Below are positions 36,401-46,864 of a stretch of 64,000 nucleotides of DNA, piece by piece. The notes beneath the pieces are model-generated. The model was not told the DNA's origin. It saw only the letters and a list, made by a program, of their open reading frames with translations, and did no database searches. A program made the position numbers and the translations under genes. How positions within the stretch are numbered: position 1 is the stretch's first letter; the number at the start of each line of letters is the position of its first letter. The stretch is from Dehalococcoidia bacterium (GTDB lineage: Bacteria; Chloroflexota; Dehalococcoidia; Lucifugimonadales; JADFKI01), in NCBI GenBank assembly GCA_965214635.1, contig OZ243964.1, positions 1,011,575 through 1,075,574 on the forward strand. Direction: 5' to 3'.

Positions 36401-37060
36401 TTACGACAACGGACAAAAAATCTCGCCGCTGACGATGCGCTGTAGGGTTTCCACCCAGAACCGTCTTTCGCGCTCTTTGACACGCTCTTCTAGGGTTTCC
36501 AGCGTGTCTCCGGGCAATATCGGAACTTCGCACTGCGCTACGGGCGCGCCGTGGTCGTATTGCTCGTCAACTTGGTGGATAGTGATACCGGTAACTTGCT
36601 CGCCGGCGTCTAGGACGGCTTGGTGGACGCGGCTGCCGTACATGCCCTTGCCGCCGAACTTGGGCAGCAGCGCCGGGTGGCTGTTCAGCACGCGCCCCTC
36701 GTACTGCGCCAGCGTGGCGTGCCCCAGCAGTCGCATGTATCCGGCAAGCAGCACAAGATCCACATCGTGGCGCATCAGGCAGTCGCGTATGGCGGCGTCC
36801 AGCGCAACAGGCTGCGGGTGCGTCTTCCCGCTCAGATGATACGCTGGTATGCCGGCATTGCGAGCGCGTTGCAGCGCCATCGAGCCGCCGTTGTTACTGA
36901 CGACCACAACCACGCTTGCGTCCAATCGGCGCTGTTCGCAGGCGTCTATGAGTGCTTGCAGGTTTGTTCCGCCGTGCGACGCAAGCACACCTAGCCTCAG
37001 CGGGCAGACTTTGCGTCCAGCGTTTGGAGGGAGAATATGCGACGATGATGTGCAAGCCAT
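36401..37060 (-). CDS. purN: phosphoribosylglycinamide formyltransferase
   Basis: LGVLASHGGTNLQALIDA, VLNSHPALLPKFGG, TIHQVDEQYDHG. Confidence 0.9.
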   Translation of the reverse strand: MACTSSSHILPPNAGRKVCPLRLGVLASHGGTNLQALIDACEQRRLDASVVVVVSNNGGSMALQRARNAGIPAYHLSGKTHPQPVALDAAIRDCLMRHDVDLVLLAGYMRLLGHATLAQYEGRVLNSHPALLPKFGGKGMYGSRVHQAVLDAGEQVTGITIHQVDEQYDHGAPVAQCEVPILPGDTLETLEERVKERERRFWVETLQRIVSGEIFCPLS

Positions 37061-37072
37061 CGGGGGGAGCGC

Positions 37073-38677
37073 CTACTCTTCGAGTCCCAGCTTGTCCATC
37101 ATTTCCAACTGCACTGGGATGGGATACTTGCCGGTGAAGCAAGCCATACACATACTGTTGCGGGGAAGCCCGACGGCGCGTACGAGCGCGTCGTGGCTCA
37201 GGTAGCCCAGCGAGTCCGCGCCCACATAGCTGCAGATAGCCTCCACGCTCATATTGGCGGCGATGAGTTCGGGGCGGGTCGCCATATCCACGCCGAAGTG
37301 GCATGTGGACATGATGGGCGGTGCGCATATGCGGAGATGTATCTCTTGCGCGCCGCCGCGCCGCAGCAGATTGACCACATGCGGCGTAGTTGTCCCACGC
37401 ACGATGCTATCATCAACGACCACAACGCGCCGGCCGCGTATTATCTCCGGCAAAACATTCAGCTTCAGACGCACGCCCAGGTCACGCAGCTGCTGGTCGG
37501 GCTGGATGAATGTGCGTCCCACATACCTGTTCTTCACCAGCGCTTCGGCGTATGGGATGCTAGACGCTTGGGAGTATCCGACGGCAGCGATGGTGGCTGA
37601 GTCCGGCACGCCGATGACCATATCGGCATCGACGGGGTATTCGCGGGCGAGTTCTGCCCCCATCGCTTTGCGCGCCGAATGCACCAGCCTGCTGCCTATG
37701 ACGCTGTCGGGACGCGCAAAGTAGATGTACTCGAACACGCAGCCTGCTGCCTCTAATCCACCGTTGCTGTTGCCGTTGTCGGTGCGACGATAGACAGTCC
37801 GCAGCCCGTAGGCGTCTATCATCACCGCCTCGCCCGGCTCCACATCGCGCACGAAGCTCGCACCGATGTGATCTAGGGCGCACGACTCGGACGCTAGCAC
37901 CCAGCCGTTGTTCAGCTTGCCGATGCAGAGCGGGCGCACACCCAGTGGATCGCGGATACCGAGGAGTTCAGTGGGCGTCATCACCGCCAACGAGTACGCG
38001 CCTTGAAGCCGCCTCATGCAGTAGGCGATGCGCTCTTCCCAGTTCAGGGCGGGGGCGTTAGCGATGAGATGTGCGATTATTTCGGAGTCGTTAGTGCCGC
38101 TGAATGTGCAGCCCCAGCGGGCGAGTTCGGCTTTCAGTTCGGCGGCGTTGATGACATTGCCGTTGTGTGCCAGCGCGAGGTTCACGGATTCGCTGACCGA
38201 GCATATCGGCTGTGCATTGTCGATGGCGCTGCGCCCAGTGGTGGAGTAGCGCGTATGACCGATGGCGATATGCCCCGGCAGGTTCGACAGGTCATCCTCT
38301 TGGAACGCCTGTCCCACAAGCCCCATCGACACCTTGCTGCGGATAACGCCGCCGTCGCTTGCGGCGATGCCGGCGCTCTCTTGCCCACGGTGCTGCAATG
38401 CGTACAGCCCGAAGAAGGCGTAGCGCGCCACATCCTCGCCCGGAGAGTACACACCGACGATGCCGCACGCCTCGCGCGGAGCGTCTCCGATGTGCCCATC
38501 TTCGTTTGGGGGGAAAGCCGCAGTATTGGGATGGCCGGAAGTATCGCTGTTCATAGTCCGTCCCATCGGGATGGTCGCTCCGTAGTCCGCCGTAAAGAGT
38601 GGCGTTCGCGGCGATGCAGACATATTCTCGCGTACAGACCCGTCCGCACAGCTCCAAACACCCATCCACAAACTCAT
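37073..38677 (-). CDS. purF: amidophosphoribosyltransferase
   Basis: CGIVGVY...LQHRGQESAGIA, with the PRPP-binding VVVVDDSIVRGTT. The likely start is ATG 38554. Confidence 0.92.
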   Translation of the reverse strand: MSLWMGVWSCADGSVRENMSASPRTPLFTADYGATIPMGRTMNSDTSGHPNTAAFPPNEDGHIGDAPREACGIVGVYSPGEDVARYAFFGLYALQHRGQESAGIAASDGGVIRSKVSMGLVGQAFQEDDLSNLPGHIAIGHTRYSTTGRSAIDNAQPICSVSESVNLALAHNGNVINAAELKAELARWGCTFSGTNDSEIIAHLIANAPALNWEERIAYCMRRLQGAYSLAVMTPTELLGIRDPLGVRPLCIGKLNNGWVLASESCALDHIGASFVRDVEPGEAVMIDAYGLRTVYRRTDNGNSNGGLEAAGCVFEYIYFARPDSVIGSRLVHSARKAMGAELAREYPVDADMVIGVPDSATIAAVGYSQASSIPYAEALVKNRYVGRTFIQPDQQLRDLGVRLKLNVLPEIIRGRRVVVVDDSIVRGTTTPHVVNLLRRGGAQEIHLRICAPPIMSTCHFGVDMATRPELIAANMSVEAICSYVGADSLGYLSHDALVRAVGLPRNSMCMACFTGKYPIPVQLEMMDKLGLEE

Positions 38678-38901
38678 TATACTTACAGACCGTCATCAAA
38701 CGCAATGCGACGCAGGCGTTATTTGCAACGACCAGTTTCGCAAAGGGTATCGGGAGTGTGGGGATGGACGCAAATCCCTTGTTCTCGCCATTCCTGCATT
38801 TGCATCATCATGCACGATGGAAAGCTCACCGTGTGTCCTGTGCGCATCTCAGTATGTGCCGATGTGCGCTCATTGCGCCCAGCGCCATATGGCTATCCCA
38901 T

Positions 38902-40509
38902 CTAGTCTGCCACGATGGGTTGGGCGATTATCCACAGGCTCACGGCGGTGTAGAACACCATCAGCGCCAGCATCGGGTATTGTCCTCGCAGCGCTAGGGC
39001 GTGGCTGCTAGTGCGCCTCAGCGCCACTTGGTGCGCTATGTACACCGATACGATGTGCCCCACAACGATTGTGCTCACTGACAGTGCCCACGCCGCCTTC
39101 GTGGTTATGATGCCGGGATCTATGCGATATGCGCTGCTACCGAACAGATCCCAGCCTACGCCAAACGGATCGGACGCCAGCGGTATGATGAGCTGCCCCT
39201 GCACCAGCAGCAGCGACAAGAAGTGTGCCATGTTGTACGCCAGCGCAATGGGGACGAGCGAGAACACATACGCCCGCGCAACCTCACCGAGTGGCGCTCG
39301 CTCGCCAGACAGCGCCCGTATCCCCCCGCAGAACGCCAAGTATATCGCCCCGAACAGCGCAGGGATGAGAACCACGCCGAGCGTGTCCACTGCGCTCGGG
39401 CCGCCAGCGCCCAGCAGCCGCAAGCCCGCCGCCTGCACGCTCACCCATGCGGGCGTTTCCTGCAACCCGTCGAAGGTTACGGCAGCCAGCGCAAGCATCA
39501 CAAACGCCGCCGCCTGCCACGACACGCGTCCAACAGACACCAGCCCAACCGCCCACGGGCGTAGGTTCAGCCGACGCATCCCGCGCGGCGCAGCCTCGAA
39601 GCAGGCGTAGCAGTCCACGCAGCCGGATGCGCCGTCGGTATCATCAGCGCCATCGTCGCAGAGCGGGCATCGAGCGCACACGCCGCTGTCCACACACACT
39701 TCGGTCGGTGAAAACCGTGCGAATATGCCGAACAGTGCCGCAAACGGGTCGCCATATCGCAGCCAAGTGTGCTTGCCGAACAGAAGCATCCCGCCGAAGG
39801 TCGTCAGCGAATACACCACGATGATGATGCCCAGATGCAGCGGCACGACAGAGCCGATGTACACATTTTCCAGCCACACGAATGCGAGGAACCCCAGCAG
39901 CGCCGGCAGCATATCCCAACCGACGGGGTAGGTCAGAAGCCCGTTAGTAGCGCTGTCGAACTGCCGCCCACTTACTCGCTGCACAAGCCATTCGCCCCAC
40001 TCGAACAGCGCCTTCCATGGGTTGATGAGCATCCATAGATTGCCGAGCAGCGCGGATATGTAGCCCATGCCCACCCACCAGATTATCCACACGAAGGTCG
40101 GGGACAGATTCTTGAGTGCATTGTCGCTGCCCGTGAACGCCGTTGCCACTACCAGCAGCAGTAGCAGAGCCGAGCACACGCGGAGCAGCGCAAGCAGCGG
40201 TCGGCTCGCTAGGATGCGCCCCACCACAGGCAGCGCAAACAGGTTCAGGCGCGGGTATCGCACGACACCCTCTCCGCCGCGCAGAAACGCCCCGATTACG
40301 GCGAACGAGAGCGCTACCGCCGCCGCCGCACCCACGAGAAAGTAGCTCAGCGGGATGGGCAGGTCGTATCGCTGCCCGAATGCGTGTGCGTATGCAGGGC
40401 TTGCGGCAATCGCCAAGGATCCGGCGACTAGCAGCGCAACCACTGCCCTCCGCAGGAACAGCCGCCATCCTATTCCGCAAGCGTGCGGATGTAGTTGACC
40501 ACATGCCAT
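38902..40509 (-). CDS. polytopic membrane protein with signal peptide, predicted mature N-terminal His and a 7-Cys loop
   Basis: AYA/HAFGQRYDLPIPL after the signal peptide. More than 10 hydrophobic segments. Loop C-x5-C-x2-C-x2-C-x12-C-x2-C-x2-C. Last gene of the copper cluster. Confidence 0.7.
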   Translation of the reverse strand: MACGQLHPHACGIGWRLFLRRAVVALLVAGSLAIAASPAYAHAFGQRYDLPIPLSYFLVGAAAAVALSFAVIGAFLRGGEGVVRYPRLNLFALPVVGRILASRPLLALLRVCSALLLLLVVATAFTGSDNALKNLSPTFVWIIWWVGMGYISALLGNLWMLINPWKALFEWGEWLVQRVSGRQFDSATNGLLTYPVGWDMLPALLGFLAFVWLENVYIGSVVPLHLGIIIVVYSLTTFGGMLLFGKHTWLRYGDPFAALFGIFARFSPTEVCVDSGVCARCPLCDDGADDTDGASGCVDCYACFEAAPRGMRRLNLRPWAVGLVSVGRVSWQAAAFVMLALAAVTFDGLQETPAWVSVQAAGLRLLGAGGPSAVDTLGVVLIPALFGAIYLAFCGGIRALSGERAPLGEVARAYVFSLVPIALAYNMAHFLSLLLVQGQLIIPLASDPFGVGWDLFGSSAYRIDPGIITTKAAWALSVSTIVVGHIVSVYIAHQVALRRTSSHALALRGQYPMLALMVFYTAVSLWIIAQPIVAD

Positions 40510-42776
40510 ATCTCTTCCTCGCTGAGTCGGTCTCCGAGAGGGGTCATAGCCGTGCCCTCTATGCCATCGTGGATGAAGTCGAACAGGGCAGCCTCAGGAT
40601 GCAGCGGGACATGCACTGCGAGGTCGGCGGGTGGCGGGCTTAGGGTTGCCGCTGCAATACCATCGCCCCGCCCTTCGCCGCCGTGACAGCTTTGGCAGTA
40701 TCTTTCGTACAGCACCTGTCCTGCGTTCACCGAATCCGATGTGAGCGGGATGGGGTTACGCCTCGCCGTTTGCGTGCCGTCTGTGGCGGGTGCATTCACC
40801 GCAAGCGCAACGCCCGCCACGAATGCCACAGCACCGCACGCCATCGCTGTTGCGCCCGCACGATTGTACCAGCCGCCCATTGGGATGCCAGCCGCAAGGA
40901 ACACAAACCCCAGCAGCGCGAGCGCACCACCGAAATACAAGGGCGCTGCGGAGGGAGCAGGCGCTATGGATGCGCTGCCGCCGCTTGTTACCTCGAAACG
41001 GAACGCCGTCCGTGCGTCGAATGCGTCGTGACGCTGAATCAGCGCCTCCACCTGCCACGCCCCGGCAATGCTAATCAGAGCGTCCGCAAACACATACCGC
41101 CCACCGCCCATGTTCACTGCCGACAGCGATTCTTCGCCGAAGTCGGCATCCAAGTAGGACAGGCGTAGCCGCACATCGGTGGCGTCCGGGATGGGTTCGC
41201 CTAGTGCATCGGCAAGCGTAACGGTGAGCGTGTTGCTCCCGAGCGCAGCAGGCTCTATACGCAGGGCGATTTCTGCGCCGTCGACAGCGTCAGCAAACTC
41301 CAATGCGGATGGCTGCCCGATGCCAAGCCGAGACGCCACCTGACGCGCCGGCTCCAAGCTAGTGAGGAAGCCCACGACGAGGATTATCAGCACGGCTAAT
41401 ACTGCTTCTGCGACTACGATGCGCCGCAGCCAGCGTGCCGCTCCCGTGTTGTTTCGCAGGCGCGGACGCACCCATATGAGGTTGACCGCGCCCAGCAGCA
41501 GCAGCGGGACGATGAGCGCTATCTTCACACGCAGCGCCGTGCCGTATGGAACTACGATGGCGGCAAACTCCGTAACCTGCGCCCAAGCGGAGAATGCGCC
41601 TGTTACGAACAGCACGCACACGCTCAGGATGGCGGCGGCTGAGAAGCGGCGTATGATGCGGGACTGCGCTATGCGCCTCGTCGACTCCGGTATGCCGCTC
41701 ACGAACATCGGTGTGCCCACTATGAGGGCAAACAGCCCGCCAACCCATACCGATGCGGCTATCAGGTGCAGCACATCGTTCGCCAACGCAAATTGGGCTA
41801 TGCCCGGCGTTGCGGCAGCATGGCTTGTCAGGCTCAGCGTTATCAGGACGCCGACCGATGCCGCTAGCGTAAGCCAGTCCAATATGCCATCCAAGCGCAA
41901 CCGAACCGGAGCACGAAGACGAATTGTCGGCAGACTCATTAGCACCAGCGCCACCAGCAACAAGCCGATACGCCACAGCCAGAGCCTGCCCCACGCCGTC
42001 TCCAGCAGTAGTTCCACGGGTGGAGCGCCGATTGCTGCAGCCTGCGTCAAAATCTGTGCGGCTGATGCCAGCAGCAGCACAATGGCGCTAAACCACAGCA
42101 TCCGTCGCATTCGGGAGTCCAAACGCGCGCGCAGCCTGCCCAGCGGTGAGCGGCGCGCCGCCGGCGTCAGCACAGGTCTGCTCACCAGCAGATCAAACGC
42201 CAGTCCGCCGCTGAACGCGAGCGCTCCAAGCAAGACGACCCAGCGTATCCAAGGCTCGGACGGGGTCTGAAACAGCGGCGGTTCCGACACTGCATCCGCG
42301 GCGGCTGCCGAAATCGGCTCACCTACCGAGAACACGAATGCGCCGCGAATCCGATGACCGTCAACGGTGGACAGGTTACGCCACGCCACGGTGTAAGTGC
42401 CGTTGGGCAATAGCGGCAATCCTACGGACATCACCGTCGGGTCATTGCTGTCAACGCTGCTGTCTCCGGTATCTATGCGCACACCGCTGCTGTCCAGCAC
42501 CTGCGCCTCGCTGTAGTTCGCCTCCATCGGCTCGGTGAACCACATGACGACACGCTGCGGCGATTCAGTTAGCACGCTGTTGGCGGCGGGCGTGGAGCGC
42601 ACCAAGTTGGCGTGCGCCGACACACTCGGCAGCAGCAGCGCCGCCGCCAGCAAGGCGAGCATCAACGCCACCGCCAGCCGTTTCATGCGGACAGGCGAGA
42701 CAAGCGGGACGCCTCCCGCTACCCTCTCGTTGCGCTTATCCAACAAATCCTGCCCGCCCATTTTATCAGTCCTCAT
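40470..42776 (-). CDS. CopC-CopD fusion protein with C-terminal cytochrome c domain
   Basis: CopC: SA/HANLVRSTPAANSVL...YTVAWRNLSTVDGHRIRGAFVFSVG. CopD-like TM block (HLIAASVWVGGLFAL). C-terminal CQSCHGGEG haem c motif. Confidence 0.85.
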   Translation of the reverse strand: MRTDKMGGQDLLDKRNERVAGGVPLVSPVRMKRLAVALMLALLAAALLLPSVSAHANLVRSTPAANSVLTESPQRVVMWFTEPMEANYSEAQVLDSSGVRIDTGDSSVDSNDPTVMSVGLPLLPNGTYTVAWRNLSTVDGHRIRGAFVFSVGEPISAAAADAVSEPPLFQTPSEPWIRWVVLLGALAFSGGLAFDLLVSRPVLTPAARRSPLGRLRARLDSRMRRMLWFSAIVLLLASAAQILTQAAAIGAPPVELLLETAWGRLWLWRIGLLLVALVLMSLPTIRLRAPVRLRLDGILDWLTLAASVGVLITLSLTSHAAATPGIAQFALANDVLHLIAASVWVGGLFALIVGTPMFVSGIPESTRRIAQSRIIRRFSAAAILSVCVLFVTGAFSAWAQVTEFAAIVVPYGTALRVKIALIVPLLLLGAVNLIWVRPRLRNNTGAARWLRRIVVAEAVLAVLIILVVGFLTSLEPARQVASRLGIGQPSALEFADAVDGAEIALRIEPAALGSNTLTVTLADALGEPIPDATDVRLRLSYLDADFGEESLSAVNMGGGRYVFADALISIAGAWQVEALIQRHDAFDARTAFRFEVTSGGSASIAPAPSAAPLYFGGALALLGFVFLAAGIPMGGWYNRAGATAMACGAVAFVAGVALAVNAPATDGTQTARRNPIPLTSDSVNAGQVLYERYCQSCHGGEGRGDGIAAATLSPPPADLAVHVPLHPEAALFDFIHDGIEGTAMTPLGDRLSEEEIWHVVNYIRTLAE

Positions 42777-42828
42777 TACAAGCAGGCGTTCCTGTCTATG
42801 AGACGCCCGCTGCGGGGGAACATTTCAA

Positions 42829-44268
42829 TTAGCGACGGCGCAGGGCGAAGGTTGCGCTTGCTGCGGCTACGGCAATGCCGATTATGCCGAGCGCAATGCC
42901 GGTGATAGCAAGCGTGCGGGCTGCCGCAGCCGACGCATGAGCGTCTGCCGCGATGCCTTCGGACTGCTGTGCCGCACCCAACGCCCCACGCAATCCAGAT
43001 TCCAGCTCACGCCCGCTTGCCACGCCCTCCGGGAACTGTATGGCGTCTGCAGGCTCTATGTCCGCAAATCGACCGGGCCCGGACTCGAAGGTCTCGTCCA
43101 CAACGATGTCTTCTATGCTGCCCATGAAGCGGAATCTATACTGGCCGGCGCTTGTGGGGATGAAATCCGCCGTGTACACGCCGGGGCTGTCAGCGACGGA
43201 GCGCAAGTCCATCATGCGGCTTGCGGATGTCGGTATGTGCGTAACCTCGACACGCAGCGTGGTTTCCAATCCCGCAACACCGACCGCTGCGCCGCCGTGG
43301 TCATGCGCCTCCGCTTCCATGCCTTGGGCGTGAACGCTAAGGGTAGCCTCAATCGGCTCGCCGTGATGGTGATATGGCTTGTGGTCGTTGCTGAACAGGG
43401 CAACCTCAATGGCGTGCATCCCAGGGTCCAGCGCCGGCAGCTTCAGCCATTCGGAGTACAAGCGGGCGTGGCTTTCGCCATCGATGCTGACTAGTGCGTA
43501 GCCCTCGCCGGGGGTGTGCGCGCCGCCGATGTTTTGGGGTGTGAAGGTGAACTGCGTCGGAACAACCTGCAGGTTATAGCCGCCATCCGGGTCGGGGTGT
43601 GCCACCGCATCGAGAGACATTTCGCCGTGAGTGTCCACACTGCCGTGAGCATGCCCGTGGTGCATGCTCATAGATTGCGGCACGGTTATGGTGGTTGTCG
43701 CCTCGACGGGTTCGCCGTGCATGAGCAGGTCGGCGTGCGAGTTGGCGTTCAGGGTAACGCGGATATGGTGCTCGCCCTGCGGCAGGTCTTTTATGTAGTA
43801 GTACGGCGCATAGATGCGATTGATTTTTTCGCCATTCAGGTAGATGTGAGCGTGTCCCTCGCCGGGGATGTGTTCGCCGTTGACATTATCGGGCGACCAT
43901 CGCCAGCCTTCGGTGTCGATGCGGACGGTTACACCGCCTTCGTCATCCGCTTCGGCGTGGATGTCCATACTGACGGGTGCGCCGGCTTCCATTGGGGCGT
44001 GGCTCATCGCTGCGCCGTGGTGGTCGTGGCCGCCATGGCTAGCGGCGGCTTCGTCTGTGGATTTGGTAACTTTCAGGTACACGCCGTTCAGCAGCCCCTC
44101 GTATGCGGGTTCGTGGAGGAAGCCCACATCCAATGTGTACACACCGACATCGCGATGTTCGTGTGCGTATGCGGCGGTGGCGGTCAGTGCCAGCAGGCAT
44201 ACCGCAATCGCCACAGGGATGAGTTTCTTGTGCAAGAGCGTTCTCCTGTGATTTTCCAAGATGGGCAT
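42829..44268 (-). CDS. secreted His-rich putative metal-binding protein with C-terminal TM anchor
   Basis: Signal peptide ending AYA/HEHRDVG. Two repeats of a GEG(H/Y)A...L(N/D)GE...H motif, many His residues and a C-terminal hydrophobic helix. Confidence 0.7.
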   Translation of the reverse strand: MPILENHRRTLLHKKLIPVAIAVCLLALTATAAYAHEHRDVGVYTLDVGFLHEPAYEGLLNGVYLKVTKSTDEAAASHGGHDHHGAAMSHAPMEAGAPVSMDIHAEADDEGGVTVRIDTEGWRWSPDNVNGEHIPGEGHAHIYLNGEKINRIYAPYYYIKDLPQGEHHIRVTLNANSHADLLMHGEPVEATTTITVPQSMSMHHGHAHGSVDTHGEMSLDAVAHPDPDGGYNLQVVPTQFTFTPQNIGGAHTPGEGYALVSIDGESHARLYSEWLKLPALDPGMHAIEVALFSNDHKPYHHHGEPIEATLSVHAQGMEAEAHDHGGAAVGVAGLETTLRVEVTHIPTSASRMMDLRSVADSPGVYTADFIPTSAGQYRFRFMGSIEDIVVDETFESGPGRFADIEPADAIQFPEGVASGRELESGLRGALGAAQQSEGIAADAHASAAAARTLAITGIALGIIGIAVAAASATFALRRR

Positions 44269-44329
44269 TCCGTCCCGTTAGCCCCTGACTGTGCGGATAG
44301 GCGAAACGGATTCGTGCCCGAGTGTACGG

Positions 44330-44962
44330 TTATCTCTCAGAAAGCTTGCTCCTGCGGCGCTCCCGGATGTACACGCGGACTGCGAGAGCGATTACGGCTA
44401 TGAACACGACCAGCGCCAACAGCGTAACGATGCCGGTAATCGGGTTCGGCGTGGATACCTCGACCGGGAACTCTGCCGTGCTCGGCTCTGCGCCGTCTGC
44501 TTCCACCTGTATGGTGAACTGCCACACGCCGGGCCTATCCACATTGACCGCCACATCGTAGTAGATGGGGTCGTTGGGATCAGGTTCGGCTGCAGTGGGC
44601 GATATGTCCATACTCGGGTCTGCGCCTTCTACCGAAGGCGGCCCGATAGCGGATACCAGCACCTTTGCGCCCATGACCGGTGTGCTCGCAGTGGTGTCCG
44701 TGATGGTCATCGTCAGATGCAGATTGCCCACAATAGGCGTGGCAGGTATCTTGCCCAGCGCAATCTCATACTTGCCAGCCAGCCGCCGCTCGAATTCCAC
44801 TACGCGCCCGTTGGCGAATGCGGGAGGCGGCGATATGTGCGTCCATATGCACGCCAACAGGATTAGCGCGGAGGTAAGCGTCGGGGCGATTTGCGATCTA
44901 TCGGGGAGCGTGCCCACGCTTGCGGGGCGAACTCCGAGCCGTAACAACTTATGCGACCTCAC
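44330..44962 (-). CDS. secreted YtkA/FixH-like protein with C-terminal TM anchor
   Basis: Ig-like beta-rich middle region (GNLHLTMTITD...AKVLVSAIGP) with a C-terminal helix and basic tail. Confidence 0.6.
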   Translation of the reverse strand: MRSHKLLRLGVRPASVGTLPDRSQIAPTLTSALILLACIWTHISPPPAFANGRVVEFERRLAGKYEIALGKIPATPIVGNLHLTMTITDTTASTPVMGAKVLVSAIGPPSVEGADPSMDISPTAAEPDPNDPIYYDVAVNVDRPGVWQFTIQVEADGAEPSTAEFPVEVSTPNPITGIVTLLALVVFIAVIALAVRVYIRERRRSKLSER

Positions 44963-45047
44963 GAATGCGACTGCAATTCAGCGATGCCCCACAGGGCAAA
45001 AGAATGCCGGTAGTGCGAGTAATATGGGGAGCGTTTGCAGGAAGCAC

Positions 45048-45461
45048 TCACAGGATGGAAGGCGGCTTATCGGGCGGTGGAACTAGCGCCGAGTTGGGGC
45101 GCTGCACGAGCGGCGCGGGCAGCACGAACACCGATGTGGGTTGGAACTGCCGCGACATTGCGGATTCCACATCCCTTGGCGATGCGGCAAGCATAACGAG
45201 CGCACCACCATCGCTCTTGTAAAGCGCAATCGGGGATGCGCCCCGTTCAGTGGGATGGTGGTGTGGGTGATGCCCGCGCTCGAAGGCGTGAAGATGGGCG
45301 TGAAGGTGGGGCAGTCCGACATGCAGGTGGTCGGGCTGACGCTCAGCGAAGTGGTGATCGAGCGCAGCGCCCGCAAGCGGCACAAGCAGCGCCGCCAACG
45401 CAATGAGCGCCGCCGCTGATGCGAACCCTCTGACAACCGTTTTCATCCTGAACATCGTCAT
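45048..45461 (-). CDS. small secreted His-rich protein
   Basis: Signal peptide, then HHFAERQPDHLHVGLPHLHAHLHAFERGHHPHHHP. Confidence 0.6.
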   Translation of the reverse strand: MTMFRMKTVVRGFASAAALIALAALLVPLAGAALDHHFAERQPDHLHVGLPHLHAHLHAFERGHHPHHHPTERGASPIALYKSDGGALVMLAASPRDVESAMSRQFQPTSVFVLPAPLVQRPNSALVPPPDKPPSIL

Positions 45462-45549
45462 AGCAATTATAACACGGGGACAGATTTTTCGTTCTGCGTA
45501 CCACCTTGGGTCTAATTCTTGTGCTTCCCACTCCCCTCAAAAGGAACGG

Positions 45550-46068
45550 CTACTGCTCCATCCACGGCATAAACTGTCGCCATTCATCCATGATGTGGCG
45601 GTGGTGGAAAATGTAGTACGGATTTGGGCGCGGCGCAGTGGGCTTGGTCAGCAGGCGCATGTTCGCCTCGCGCGGTGTCCGTCCTGCCTTGCGGTGGTTG
45701 CAGGGGATGCAGGCGCTAACCACATTCTCCCACACATGCGGACCCTTGCGTGAGCGCGGCAGGATGTGGTCTAGTGTGAGGTCTTTGGCTTGCTTGCCGC
45801 AGTACTGGCAGCGAAACCCATCGCGGTAGAACACAGCACGGCGCGAAAGTCTGCGGCGCACGAGCGGGCGCTTTACCATATATATGAGCCGTATCACCGA
45901 TGGGATTGGCACGCGCTTGGACACGGTGGATATGTGATATTCCCCGTCTATGAGCGTCTCTGCCTTGCCTCGCCCAAGCAGGATGATCGCCCGCCGCGCA
46001 TTGCACACATTCAGCGGTTGATAATTCTGGTTCAGCACTAGCACCGGGTTGTTCGTCAGGGTTGGCAT
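45550..46068 (-). CDS. HNH endonuclease
   Basis: CQYCGKQAKDLTLDHILPRSRKGPHVWENVVSACIPCNHRK. Confidence 0.85.
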   Translation of the reverse strand: MPTLTNNPVLVLNQNYQPLNVCNARRAIILLGRGKAETLIDGEYHISTVSKRVPIPSVIRLIYMVKRPLVRRRLSRRAVFYRDGFRCQYCGKQAKDLTLDHILPRSRKGPHVWENVVSACIPCNHRKAGRTPREANMRLLTKPTAPRPNPYYIFHHRHIMDEWRQFMPWMEQ

Positions 46069-46104
46069 GGCACGCTCGCGCTCGGTCGGTGTTTGTCGTC
46101 TGTA

Positions 46105-46764
46105 CTATAGCCTTCTTTTCAGAATGTCAATCGCCTCGGCGAAGTCCGACGGGATGAATCCGAGTGCGCCTGCGGACAGCAATTCCACGAGGCGAATGAA
46201 CGCCTCCACTCCCTGTGAATCCGACAGTGCATTCTCCAGATATACGCGCACATTGCCGCTGATGGCGACAGCAGATATTATGCTGTGTTGCGTCGGAAGG
46301 TCGTAAGTCAATCTTATCAGCACAAGCGTCAGCACACCTGCCAACATTACGCCTATGAGCAGCCCCAGCACAAGCCCGCCCAGCTTGTCCACAACGCTGG
46401 AGAGACCCAGCGTCAGCGCGCCCAACGCCGGGCGTGCAAGACTCCACAGCTTGTGCGCCCCCGCCAACACCAGCGCCATCACGATGCAGTATATGCTTAC
46501 GGTGAGCAGTGTGCTGATAATGCCAAAAGCGCCGAACAGCCACAAATTGCCGACGAAATTCGCAAGCTGGCTGGCTATCAGCCAGCTCACCAACAGCGCA
46601 ACGACGGTTAGGATAGAGCCTATCAGCCCAACCCGCATTCCGTAGATGACGCTAAACACCACTAGTCCCAGCAGTACCAAATCGAGCCAGTTCAAATGCA
46701 GCCTCTCCGATACAGTGTCGACCGCCCACAAATGCTCGAGCATCTTGGGGATGGCCGCTCTCAC
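46105..46764 (-). CDS. cvpA: CvpA family membrane protein
   Basis: LNWLDLVLLGLVVFSVIYGMRVGLI, with four TM segments. Confidence 0.8.
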   Translation of the reverse strand: MRAAIPKMLEHLWAVDTVSERLHLNWLDLVLLGLVVFSVIYGMRVGLIGSILTVVALLVSWLIASQLANFVGNLWLFGAFGIISTLLTVSIYCIVMALVLAGAHKLWSLARPALGALTLGLSSVVDKLGGLVLGLLIGVMLAGVLTLVLIRLTYDLPTQHSIISAVAISGNVRVYLENALSDSQGVEAFIRLVELLSAGALGFIPSDFAEAIDILKRRL

Positions 46765-46864
46765 ATCGCATTAGAGCACATCGCTTCTAGTTTAGCACAG
46801 GCGGGAATGCGGGGTATGGTGTGGAGACGCTGCTCATATTCTTCATATGACACACCACCATGGT

